63,841 bases of DNA from Thermoanaerobaculia bacterium (GTDB taxonomy: Bacteria; Acidobacteriota; Thermoanaerobaculia; Multivoradales; UBA5704). Location of the stretch: NCBI GenBank assembly GCA_038248205.1, contig JBBRUC010000005.1, forward strand, positions 1 to 63,841, written 5' to 3'. Positions 36,734-44,844 of this stretch are shown piece after piece. Numbering within the stretch: the stretch's first letter is position 1; every line of letters begins with the position of its first letter. Under the pieces are notes generated by a model that had not been told where the DNA came from, did no database searches, and was given only the letters and a program-made list of their open reading frames with translations. A program made the translations under genes and the position numbers.

Positions 36734-37561
36734 ATGAAGAGAGTTCATATCGGTTTCAGTCTCCTGGGCGCAATTGGGGGATCGGCCGCGCTTCTCTTCG
36801 GTCCGCTTCCGGCGCACGCTCAGACCGCACCGCCTCTGGGCGTGGCGCAGCAGTTTTCGGTCTTGGGCAACTCGGGGGTGACCGGCTCGACCGGTGCCGG
36901 GACCGAGGTCAACGGGGACGTCGGCTCGTCTCCGACCGCCTCGATCTCGAACTTCCCCCCTTCGAGGGTCACGTTTCCATTCGACCTGCATCTCACGAAC
37001 GACACCGCGGTGCAGCAGGCTCATCTCGATGCCATCGCCGCCTTCAACTTCCTGGCCGCCCAGGGACCGGGTACGGTGCTCGCGGCGCAGTTGGACGGCG
37101 CCGTGCTCACCTCCGGCATCTATTCCTTCGCGGGAGGGGCGGCCGACCTGGCCTCCGGCGGTACGCTGACTCTCAACGGGCCGGGAATCTTCGTCTTCCA
37201 GGTGGACAGTTCGTTCACCGCCAACATCCTCTCGAACGTCATCGGCACGGCCGATCCGTGCAGCGTCTACTGGCGGGTGGGCACCTCCGCCACCTTGAAC
37301 GGCGTCACCTTCCTGGGCAACGTGATCGCCGACGCGAGCGTGACCGTCGGCTCCGGTTCGAACGTGACCGGCCGAGCCCTAGCGGGAACCGGAGCGACCG
37401 GCGCGGTGACGATGGCAGGCGCGGGCGGCAACATGGTTGGAGGATGCCTCGGCTCCACCTCGGCCTTGAACGTTCCGGCTCTCGACCACAGCGGAATGGT
37501 GATTCTCTTCATCCTGCTCGGTGGAGCCGGACTATGGGCCGTCCGGAGGATGATCGTCTAG
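36734..37561 (+). CDS. secreted ice-binding-like (DUF3494) protein with IPTL-CTERM-like anchor
   Basis: Start MKRVHIGFSLL (ATG 36734) with a signal peptide. LGVAQQFSVLGNSGVTGSTGAGTEVNGDVGSSPTASISNFPP is the DUF3494 signature. The C-terminal VPALDHSGMVILFILLGGAGLWAVRRM resembles the IPTL-CTERM sorting motif. Confidence 0.75.
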   Translation: MKRVHIGFSLLGAIGGSAALLFGPLPAHAQTAPPLGVAQQFSVLGNSGVTGSTGAGTEVNGDVGSSPTASISNFPPSRVTFPFDLHLTNDTAVQQAHLDAIAAFNFLAAQGPGTVLAAQLDGAVLTSGIYSFAGGAADLASGGTLTLNGPGIFVFQVDSSFTANILSNVIGTADPCSVYWRVGTSATLNGVTFLGNVIADASVTVGSGSNVTGRALAGTGATGAVTMAGAGGNMVGGCLGSTSALNVPALDHSGMVILFILLGGAGLWAVRRMIV

Positions 37562-37813
37562 GCGAGGCCGTCATTTCGCCGAGTCTGGCGAGGGCCCTCA
37601 TTTCGCGAGCGAATCGATTATTTTGACGGGGTCGAGCGCCCTAGCCTTCGGCGCGATCTGAGCGAAGGCCGCCTGGCGGTAACCAAGCCCGCTTCGGACT
37701 TCGCAGAACTCCCACCCTCCGCAAAGCGGGTTAGGTTTCCCAACGAGGTCGCACCACCGGCGGTGCCGAGCGATTCCACCAGGCTCCGGACTTCGCGAAG
37801 CACCGCAAGCGAG

Positions 37814-37837
37814 GTGCCTCGGCCAAAGCCGAGGCAC
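37814..37837. other. perfect 10-bp hairpin inside a 350-nt non-coding gap
   Basis: GTGCCTCGGC-caaa-GCCGAGGCAC has no flanking T-tract on either strand. Its function is unknown. Confidence 0.5.
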
Positions 37838-37907
37838 TCGCAGCAGCCAAGACGGTGAAGGGCAGTCCGTGAACGCCGAAACCTAATCCGGCGTCCAACG
37901 GCCGAGA

Positions 37908-38417
37908 TTGGGGGCAATCCTCTCGCGGCCGGTCGTTTTGGAGTCCTATCCTACCCCGAGAATCGAAAAAGACGCCTTTCTGACTGACCCTGGGGAAATT
38001 GACCCTCCCGGGCCGTTCCAAGAGTGGATCGACGCGCGAAAGCGGCATCGCCTGTCGCACGCCCACGTCCAGATGGCGCGCGAACTGGGCCTGAATCCGG
38101 GCAAGCTCGGCAAGATCGACAACCACCGCCAAGAACCCTGGAAGGCGCCCCTGCCGGATTTCATCGAGCACCTCTACTTCAAACGGTTCGGCAAGGAGCG
38201 CCCGGACGTGGTCACGACGCTCGAAGAGATGGCTCTCCGCCTCGCCGCGAAAAAGGCCGAGAAGCGCGAAAGGCGGGAACAAGATCCCCGAGCAGCACAT
38301 CCAGCACCGCTTCCTCCTCAACCGCCACACCAGCTTCGGCCATCGCGGGTGCGAGGTTGGGATCCCAGAGCGCCGCGGGGATCGTGCCGGGGACCAGCGG
38401 CTCGCCCGTGCCGGTGA
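37908..38417 (+). CDS. hypothetical protein; 3' end probably over-extended into jetD
   Basis: The 169-aa ORF has a plausible globular part (FQEWIDARKRHRLSHAHVQMARELGLNPGKLGKIDNHRQEPWKAPLPDFIEHLYFKRFG). Its last 70 codons overlap the convergent jetD and are Pro/Arg-rich. Confidence 0.35.
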   Translation: MGAILSRPVVLESYPTPRIEKDAFLTDPGEIDPPGPFQEWIDARKRHRLSHAHVQMARELGLNPGKLGKIDNHRQEPWKAPLPDFIEHLYFKRFGKERPDVVTTLEEMALRLAAKKAEKRERREQDPRAAHPAPLPPQPPHQLRPSRVRGWDPRAPRGSCRGPAARPCR

Positions 38418-39528
38418 GGGCGGCGCGGTAGTCGGGCGTGCTGAAGCGCCAGGGGCGGAAGGCGGGGTAACGGCGGGCGAGGGCGTTGGCGATCAGGATC
38501 CCCGCGCCGTCGAAATCGCCGTGATAGGCGAACTCGGCGCCTTGCGCGGCGAGTCGGTCGAGGAGGGTCCAGGCCGCTTGGTTGGGGTTGCCGGCGACGC
38601 AGACCAACGGCGGGCAGGCGGCGCCGAACCGATCGGCCGCGGCGGCGAGCACGGCTGGGTTCTCGCAAGCCCAAACCCGAGGCAGCGGGGAAAACCGGAG
38701 ATCACCGCGGGTGAGTTGGCGCAGGGTGAGCACCACCGGCTCGCCGAGATCGGCCAGGGCGCGAAGCGCGACGGCGAGCGAACCTTCGCCTTCGGGGCGG
38801 AGGCCGAGTGCGAGCACGTTGCACAGCAGGTCGTCGGCGATCACTCCCGCGGATTCCCAGAGCGCCCGCCGCGCTTCGGCGGTGCGCGGCGGCGGCTCTC
38901 CTCGCAGATGGGCGAGGGCGGAGAGGACGAGGGTCGCTGTCGGCTGGCCGAGGTCGAGGGCGTGGCTCGATCCGAGCGTCCGGTTCGCCACCACGGCGAG
39001 CGGCGCGGGCTCGGCGGGTTCATCGAGCAGGGTGGCGAGGACGATCAACGTACGTTCCAGGACCGTCTCTTCCACCCCCGGTGCAAGCCGGTGGAGCACA
39101 CCAGAGCGGGCGACATCGTCGAGCCAGCCAGCGAGCGCGGGTCGACCCGCGATCGCCGGGTGCTCGCGCGCCGTCTGCCAGAGCCGCTGGCGGCGTTCGG
39201 CTTCGGCCCGGCGCTCGGCCGGCAGATCGCGCAGCGGTCCGCAGATTGCTTCGATCGCTTCGGGCAGGTCGACCGCGAAGCGCGAGCCGGTGAGCGCCGC
39301 GTCGAGCGCCGTGAGCCGGACCTTCACCGCACCGCGCGGGAACGATTTAAGGCCGAGCAGGTTCGCGATCGCCTGGCGCTCAGCGTCGGTCGCTTCGGGA
39401 AGGATCGCCGCGCCGCCGATTCGGCCGAGCCGTTCGAACTTCGCCCGCGCCGCCGCCCAGAGCCGCGCGAGCTCCGGCCTCATGAGGTAGGCGAGCAGCT
39501 CGGCCCTGGGCTCGGTTGGCGGGCTCAT
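38212..39528 (-). CDS. jetD: Wadjet JetD (TIGR02679/DUF2399-type, Toprim nuclease subunit)
   Basis: True start MSPPTEPRAELLAY (ATG 39528, ATGA overlap with the jetC stop). Toprim motifs are WACENPAV (Glu) and YHGDFDGAGILIAN (DxD). It is the last gene of a jetABCD-ordered operon. Confidence 0.85.
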   Translation of the reverse strand: MSPPTEPRAELLAYLMRPELARLWAAARAKFERLGRIGGAAILPEATDAERQAIANLLGLKSFPRGAVKVRLTALDAALTGSRFAVDLPEAIEAICGPLRDLPAERRAEAERRQRLWQTAREHPAIAGRPALAGWLDDVARSGVLHRLAPGVEETVLERTLIVLATLLDEPAEPAPLAVVANRTLGSSHALDLGQPTATLVLSALAHLRGEPPPRTAEARRALWESAGVIADDLLCNVLALGLRPEGEGSLAVALRALADLGEPVVLTLRQLTRGDLRFSPLPRVWACENPAVLAAAADRFGAACPPLVCVAGNPNQAAWTLLDRLAAQGAEFAYHGDFDGAGILIANALARRYPAFRPWRFSTPDYRAALTGTGEPLVPGTIPAALWDPNLAPAMAEAGVAVEEEAVLDVLLGDLVPAFRASRPFSRRGGEPSLRAS

Positions 39529-42500
39529 CCGGCCGGTTGCTCGGCGCGCCGGTGGCCGTCCCAGACGAAGCGGATCGCGAGGATGCCGCGCAGTGCCGGG
39601 TCGCGGTAGAGCTGATAGATCGCGACACCCGGCAGCTCGGCGTAGCAGCCCCACTCGTCGTGGCTGGTGATCAGGAAATCGAGGTCGAAATCGACCAGCA
39701 GCGCCATGATTCGGCCGCGCATCCCCTCGTCGATGCCGGCGAACGCCTCGTCGAGCAGAATCAGCCGCGGCGCGGTCGCCCGTGCCGACTCGTAGTGCGC
39801 GGCGGCGGCGGCGAACAGCGGCAGGTGGAGCGCCACCGCCTTTTCGCCCCCCGAACTCGCCTCGTGCCGACGGCGGGTGAGATCGCGCCAGCTCTTGTCG
39901 CCCGCCTCGCGCTGTTGGATCCGGAACTCGTGCCAGCGGCGGTAGTCGAGCGCCTGCATCAGGTGCTCGCGCCAGGGAACCGAGCCGGCATCCTGGCGCG
40001 CGGCGTCGATCCGGCCCTGGAAGAACGCTTCGAGCGCCCGGCGGTCGGCGTCGGCGAGCAGCTCGGGCTCCGTGCGCAACCGGTGCACCGCGTCGCGCAC
40101 GGCCTCCGCCGACTCCTCGGCCGGCCGCCAGGCGAGGCGCAGGGTGAGGCCCGAGGCGGTCGCCGCCTGAGACAGCAGTTGGTTGGTTTTCGCCACCAGC
40201 TCCTCGGCCTGGCGCAGGAGCTTCCTCAGGTGGTCGCCGACCTCGCCCAGGACATAGCGGCGGAGGATCACGCGCTCGTCTTCGAGCAGCAGCTCGCGGC
40301 GTTTGGCCGCCTCGCCGCGCAGCAGGTCGAGCAGCGCGGGAACGCCCCAGTCCCGATTGTCGTGGTGGATGCTCGCGACCCACAGGTTGTCGTCTTCGGG
40401 GGTGAGACCCGGTTGCAGCTCGGCGCCCAATTCGCGGGAGAGTTCGACATGGCGGGCGTGCAGACGGTTGAGCCGCCGGGTGGCCGCTTCTTCGGCAAGA
40501 TCGACCTCGCCGGTGGCGACCTCCAGCGCACGCGCAAGCTCCAGGCTCCGGGTGAGCGTCCAGGCGGCCGGCGGCTCTTCGGGAAGCTCGACCCAGAACA
40601 GCCCGAGCAGGCCGGTGGCCCCGAGGCGCTGGAGGTGGAAGACCGCCCGGCCACGCTCCCGGTCGCGCTCCTCTTGTTGCTCGGAGAGCTGGCGCAGGCG
40701 CTCGCCGAGCGCCGCTCTCGTTTCGCCCGCGTGCTGGCGCTCGCGCCGCAGGGCTTCGCGCGCGGCCGTTCGCGCCGCCAGTTCTTCCTGCGCCTGTTGG
40801 TGCCGGGCGACGACCTCGCGCACTTCGACACCCACGGTCCGTTCGAGCATCTCGTATTCGGCTTCCGCCTCGCGGGCGCGGAGTCCCCCGGCCGCCGCCC
40901 GGTCGCGCGACTCGGCGGCGCGCTCCGTCGCCTGGGCGAGCCGCGCCGCGGCACCCTCCGCCGCCCGCGAAGCCGAAAACGCCGCTTCGGCGGCGCGCAG
41001 CAGGTCGTCGAACGCCGATCGGTAAGCCCCAAGCCGGCGGCGGAACTCGTCGAGGGTCTCAACGTGAGGGCCGAGCCCCAGCTCTCCGGCACGGCGCTCC
41101 AGCCGGCGTTCGGCCTCCTCCCGCCGCCTTCGCGCCGCCGCCGCTACCGCTTCGGCCTCGGCCAGTTCGGCGCGGCGGCGCGCCTCTTCGGCCGCCGCGG
41201 CTTCGGCGCGCACCCGGGTCTCGGCGAGCGGTGCCGCGGACGGAGCGCGGCGCATTTCGGCGGTTGAGAGGTCGAGGCGCTCGACGATCTCGCGCCGCTC
41301 CTCGGCCAGAGCTTCGAGCCGCGCGTCGAGCCGCGCGAGCTGGGCGTCGAGTTCGGCCAGGCGGCGGGCGCGCGTCGCCTCCCGCGCTCCCGCCCCGACG
41401 TGCTCGGCGACCGGTTTTCTCCAGGCACCGCGGAGCGGGCCGAGCCGCCAGCCGCCGGCCAGATCCACCTGCTGGGAGCGGGTGCCGGCATTGGCCGGGT
41501 CGGTGGCGGGGAGCGCGATCGAACGCAGGACCGCGGCGATCGTCTCGGGCTCAACGCCATAGGCGGGCACCGGCACCAGCGCGTCGGCGAGGGTTCTTCC
41601 CCCTTCGAGGGGAGTCGGCACCAGTGCGGCGTCGAGCACCCCGGGGTCGAGCGGCCGGCCGTGGGGGCTGATCCAGGCGTCCAGCAGTCCCGCCGCTTCG
41701 AGCGCCGCTTCCAGCCCGGCCGCCTGCTCGGGTTCGAGCCCGGGGGCCAGATCGCAGAGCAGATAGAGCGGCGCGCCCGGCCGGTCGCCGCGCTCGGCGG
41801 GGCGAGTGCGCGCGGGCTCGGGGCCGACCTCCCGGGCGCTGGCGATCTCCGCGCGCCGGGCGGCGGTCTCGGCAAGCTCGGCCGCAATCCCCTCGGCGCG
41901 TCGATCCAGGCTGGTGCGCGCTTCGACCAGGGTGTCGCGCCGCGGGCGGGCCAGCGCTTCGATCGTGGCGGCGAGGGCGGTCTCCGCAGCTTCGAGACCC
42001 TCAACCTCCTCCGGCGATAGCCGCAGCTCGACCAGCTCCCCGGCCCAGGCCGTAAGCGCCGCGCGCAGCCGCGAGTGTTCGGCTTCCGCCCGGGCGCGCG
42101 CCTCGGCGGTCCGTTCCACCGCGGCGCGGGCCTGCGCGTCGGCGTCCTGGCGGCGCTGGTCGGCTGCCTCGTGCTCGCTGCGCGCCGTCTCGCGCTGCTG
42201 GCGCAGTTTGGCCACTTCGTCCGCCTCGCCGTGGCGCTTGCGCACGGCGGCTTCGACCGTCGCGCGGGCGGGCTCGGGGCGGCCGGGAGTCTCGGTGAGC
42301 ACCGCGCGCGCGGCCGCGTGCGCGGCATCGAGCCCGACCTCTCCAGCCGCGGCGTCGGCGCGAGCCGCGGTCTGGTCGTGCCGCTCCGCGCTACGCCCCG
42401 CCTCTCGCTCGGCCTCTTCCCGATCGCTCCGACGCGCGGCTTCCGTAGCCTCGTCGCGGGAGAGGTCGGCGCGCTCCCGTTCGGCCTGGACGGTTAGATT

Positions 42501-43628
42501 GGCGGCCAACTCGCGCTTGGCGCCGAGCGCCGCGGCCTGGCGCATCTCGGGACCCTGCGCCAGCGAGTTGATCGTGCCCTGCAAGTCCGCGATCTCGCCG
42601 TCGGCCGCCGTTGAGCGCGCATCCAGCTCGGCGATGCCGGCCTCGACGCGGGCGGAATCCTCGCTGGCGACGCGCACATCGCCCGCGGTCTTGTGGTACC
42701 GGCTGTCGGCCTGGCGTACCTCGGCGGCGCGGGCGCGGGAGATCCCCCGGGCGTAGTCCGCGTAGACGCCGAGGAACCCTTCGACCGCCCGGGCCGCGCC
42801 CTCGATCCGCGAAAGTTCCGCCTGGTCGTGCTCCAACCGCTCGTAGTTTTCGGAGATCAGCTGGATCAGATCGGCGTCGAGCGGCGGCAGGCTGTCGGAG
42901 AGGAGGCGCGAGAGCGCCGGAGGGTCGAGTTTCTCCGATAGATGGGGCCGGCGCAGCTGGAGCAGCAGCTCGCGCAGCGCGGCGAAACGCTCGACGCCCA
43001 GGCCGTAGAGCAGCGCGTCCAGGCGCTCGCGGTACTCGCGCCCGGCGTCGAAGATCTCGCCACGATCGCCGCCATCGCCGAGCGCGGCGCGGAGCCCGTC
43101 TTTGCCGAGCGGCACCCGGTCGGCGCCGACCAGCGAGAGATCGCCGCCGATCCGGCGATCGGTGAGGAAGTACCAGGCGTCGACCCGCCGCGAGGAGCGG
43201 TTGGCGCGCAGGCCGCAGCCGAGAGTGCGGTAGATTTCTTTCGGCGTCTCCCCCTCGGCGCCACGTTCGATCCGGCCCAGCTCCAACCAGACGTAGCCCA
43301 GGCGGTTGGCGTGAAGGTCGCCTTCGAGCAGGTTCCATTCCATTCGCCGGGCGGTCGAGGCGAAGGGATCGAGACGGTGCGGCGAGAGGTCGGCGTCGAG
43401 CAGGAACGGCAAAAGAAGTTCGAGCGCCTTCGATTTGCCCGAACCGTTCTCGCCCCGCAAGAGCAGGCGCCCGTCGTGGAATTCCAGCTCCTGGTCGTCG
43501 TACTGCCAGAGGTTCAAGATCCCGGCGCGCAGCGGCTGGAACCGTTCGCGCACCGGCCGCGGCAGCACTCGGGCGGCCGCCGCCTCGGCGCCGGCTAGAA
43601 GCTCCGGAAACAGCGTCAGGTCAGCCAT
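39525..43628 (-). CDS. jetC: Wadjet JetC (TIGR02680-type SMC-like ABC ATPase)
   Basis: True start MADLTLFPELL (ATG 43628). Walker A is RGENGSGKSKALE, followed by a very long Ala/Glu/Arg coiled coil. The signature motif is SSGGEKAVALHLPLF and Walker B is LILLDEAFAGID. Confidence 0.9.
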   Translation of the reverse strand: MADLTLFPELLAGAEAAAARVLPRPVRERFQPLRAGILNLWQYDDQELEFHDGRLLLRGENGSGKSKALELLLPFLLDADLSPHRLDPFASTARRMEWNLLEGDLHANRLGYVWLELGRIERGAEGETPKEIYRTLGCGLRANRSSRRVDAWYFLTDRRIGGDLSLVGADRVPLGKDGLRAALGDGGDRGEIFDAGREYRERLDALLYGLGVERFAALRELLLQLRRPHLSEKLDPPALSRLLSDSLPPLDADLIQLISENYERLEHDQAELSRIEGAARAVEGFLGVYADYARGISRARAAEVRQADSRYHKTAGDVRVASEDSARVEAGIAELDARSTAADGEIADLQGTINSLAQGPEMRQAAALGAKRELAANLTVQAERERADLSRDEATEAARRSDREEAEREAGRSAERHDQTAARADAAAGEVGLDAAHAAARAVLTETPGRPEPARATVEAAVRKRHGEADEVAKLRQQRETARSEHEAADQRRQDADAQARAAVERTAEARARAEAEHSRLRAALTAWAGELVELRLSPEEVEGLEAAETALAATIEALARPRRDTLVEARTSLDRRAEGIAAELAETAARRAEIASAREVGPEPARTRPAERGDRPGAPLYLLCDLAPGLEPEQAAGLEAALEAAGLLDAWISPHGRPLDPGVLDAALVPTPLEGGRTLADALVPVPAYGVEPETIAAVLRSIALPATDPANAGTRSQQVDLAGGWRLGPLRGAWRKPVAEHVGAGAREATRARRLAELDAQLARLDARLEALAEERREIVERLDLSTAEMRRAPSAAPLAETRVRAEAAAAEEARRRAELAEAEAVAAAARRRREEAERRLERRAGELGLGPHVETLDEFRRRLGAYRSAFDDLLRAAEAAFSASRAAEGAAARLAQATERAAESRDRAAAGGLRAREAEAEYEMLERTVGVEVREVVARHQQAQEELAARTAAREALRRERQHAGETRAALGERLRQLSEQQEERDRERGRAVFHLQRLGATGLLGLFWVELPEEPPAAWTLTRSLELARALEVATGEVDLAEEAATRRLNRLHARHVELSRELGAELQPGLTPEDDNLWVASIHHDNRDWGVPALLDLLRGEAAKRRELLLEDERVILRRYVLGEVGDHLRKLLRQAEELVAKTNQLLSQAATASGLTLRLAWRPAEESAEAVRDAVHRLRTEPELLADADRRALEAFFQGRIDAARQDAGSVPWREHLMQALDYRRWHEFRIQQREAGDKSWRDLTRRRHEASSGGEKAVALHLPLFAAAAAHYESARATAPRLILLDEAFAGIDEGMRGRIMALLVDFDLDFLITSHDEWGCYAELPGVAIYQLYRDPALRGILAIRFVWDGHRRAEQPAG

Positions 43629-44841
43629 CGGCCGCCCCCGCGTCGCGTAGTTCGCTCGCCTGGAAGCGTGCGATCGCCGGCAGCGGCTCGATACCGTCTT
43701 CGCGGAACGCCAGCAGCCCCATCGCCTCCAGCCGGCCCAGCGCCTCGCGGCGCAGCCGCTCGACCGCCGCGGCGTCTTCGGAAAAGGCGCGCGCCCAATA
43801 TTTGCCGTAACGCGCGAGCAGCGATTCCAGTTCCGCCTCGACCTCGACATCCCCCACCCGGGCACGATCGCCGCCCGCCGCCCGCGCGCGACCGGCGAGG
43901 AAGCCGGCGAGCAGCAGCGCGGCATGGCCGACCGTACCCGGTCCGGGAAACGTAAGATCGGTCGCCGCCCCTTCCGGATCGACCGCCGCCAGGCCCTCGG
44001 CGCGCACCTCGACGGTCAAGCCCACGGCGGCGCCGACCTGACGAATCAGGAACGGCCGCTGCTTGGCGAGGTAGGCGCGCTCCGCGTCGTCGAGGTCGGC
44101 GGTGTAGAGAACCGGCTCTTCCACCAGCCGGCGCATCAGGCGGTGGCGGATGCGCCGGTTCGCGCCGTCCTCGGTTTCGGGATAGATCTCGGCCGCGATC
44201 CCCGCCGGCCCTTCGGCCATCGACGGCGCGACCGGCGCCGCGAGCAGTTGAGCCAGGCGGCGGCTCCGCACGTCATAGAGCACGTCGCCGCTCCGGTCGA
44301 GAAAACTCTGCTCGTCGCCGTCGGCACGGTGGAGAACCCCGAGATCGACCAGCAGACGCACGGCGTCGACGAACGCCTGCCGCTCGGCGTAGCGGTCGAG
44401 GTCGAGGCTCGCGATCCCCTCTTCCGAAGCGGCGAGCAGTTGCACCTGCCCGGCGAGTTCCGTCAGCACGGTCTGCATACCCGCCCGTTCGAGCGCCGCG
44501 GCGAGCAGGCAAAAGAGGCCATAGCGGCGGGGGTCGAACTCGGCGGCGGAGCGGTTGCGAGCAGGGCGGATGCGGGCGCCGGGCGCCGGGCGCTTGTAGA
44601 GCCGCGCCGACTCCTGATCGACCGCCAGGCGGTAGCCAAGGTGGTCGGCGAACCAGGTTTCGAGCCAGGGTTGGTGGCGCCGCACCAGCGCGAACGCTTC
44701 CGGGTCGGGACCCCGGTCGTCGGCGAACGGCGAGTCGAGCAGCAGCCGCACGGCCTGCCGCCGCTCCTCGGCAGCGCGCTCGGTCTCCCGCCCCTCCCCG
44801 CTGTCGACCGCGGCCGGTTCCATCTCTTCCCTCTCGGCCAT
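43621..44841 (-). CDS. jetB: Wadjet JetB (TIGR02678/DUF2398-type kleisin-associated subunit)
   Basis: The 406-aa size, the position between jetA and jetC, and the N-terminal pattern (FALVRRHQPWLETWFADHLGYRLAVDQESARLYK) fit my recollection of TIGR02678. Confidence 0.8.
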   Translation of the reverse strand: MAEREEMEPAAVDSGEGRETERAAEERRQAVRLLLDSPFADDRGPDPEAFALVRRHQPWLETWFADHLGYRLAVDQESARLYKRPAPGARIRPARNRSAAEFDPRRYGLFCLLAAALERAGMQTVLTELAGQVQLLAASEEGIASLDLDRYAERQAFVDAVRLLVDLGVLHRADGDEQSFLDRSGDVLYDVRSRRLAQLLAAPVAPSMAEGPAGIAAEIYPETEDGANRRIRHRLMRRLVEEPVLYTADLDDAERAYLAKQRPFLIRQVGAAVGLTVEVRAEGLAAVDPEGAATDLTFPGPGTVGHAALLLAGFLAGRARAAGGDRARVGDVEVEAELESLLARYGKYWARAFSEDAAAVERLRREALGRLEAMGLLAFREDGIEPLPAIARFQASELRDAGAADG

Positions 44842-44844
44842 CGG

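Noticed and set aside
37562-37920. tmRNA or RNase P RNA in the non-coding gap (ATTTTGACGGGG resembles the tmRNA 5' region; GAAGTCCGGAGCC on the minus strand resembles the RNase P GGAAAGUCCGGGC motif).
   Set aside because: There is no tRNA-like 3' end (no GGTTCGAATCC T-arm or CCA-proximal acceptor) and no plausible tag ORF. The RNase P-like motif occurs twice, without the other universally conserved P4/J blocks. The similarity is too short to support either call.
38212-40383. A 723-aa ORF as an extended JetD.
   Set aside because: The N-terminal 285 codons overlap the jetC 3' end out of frame and are Arg/Pro/Gly low-complexity. The JetD-like sequence starts at ATG 39528.
39525-43925. A 1466-aa version of JetC.
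   Set aside because: The first 99 codons overlap jetB. MADLTLFPELL at 43628 gives the expected N-terminal Walker A spacing.
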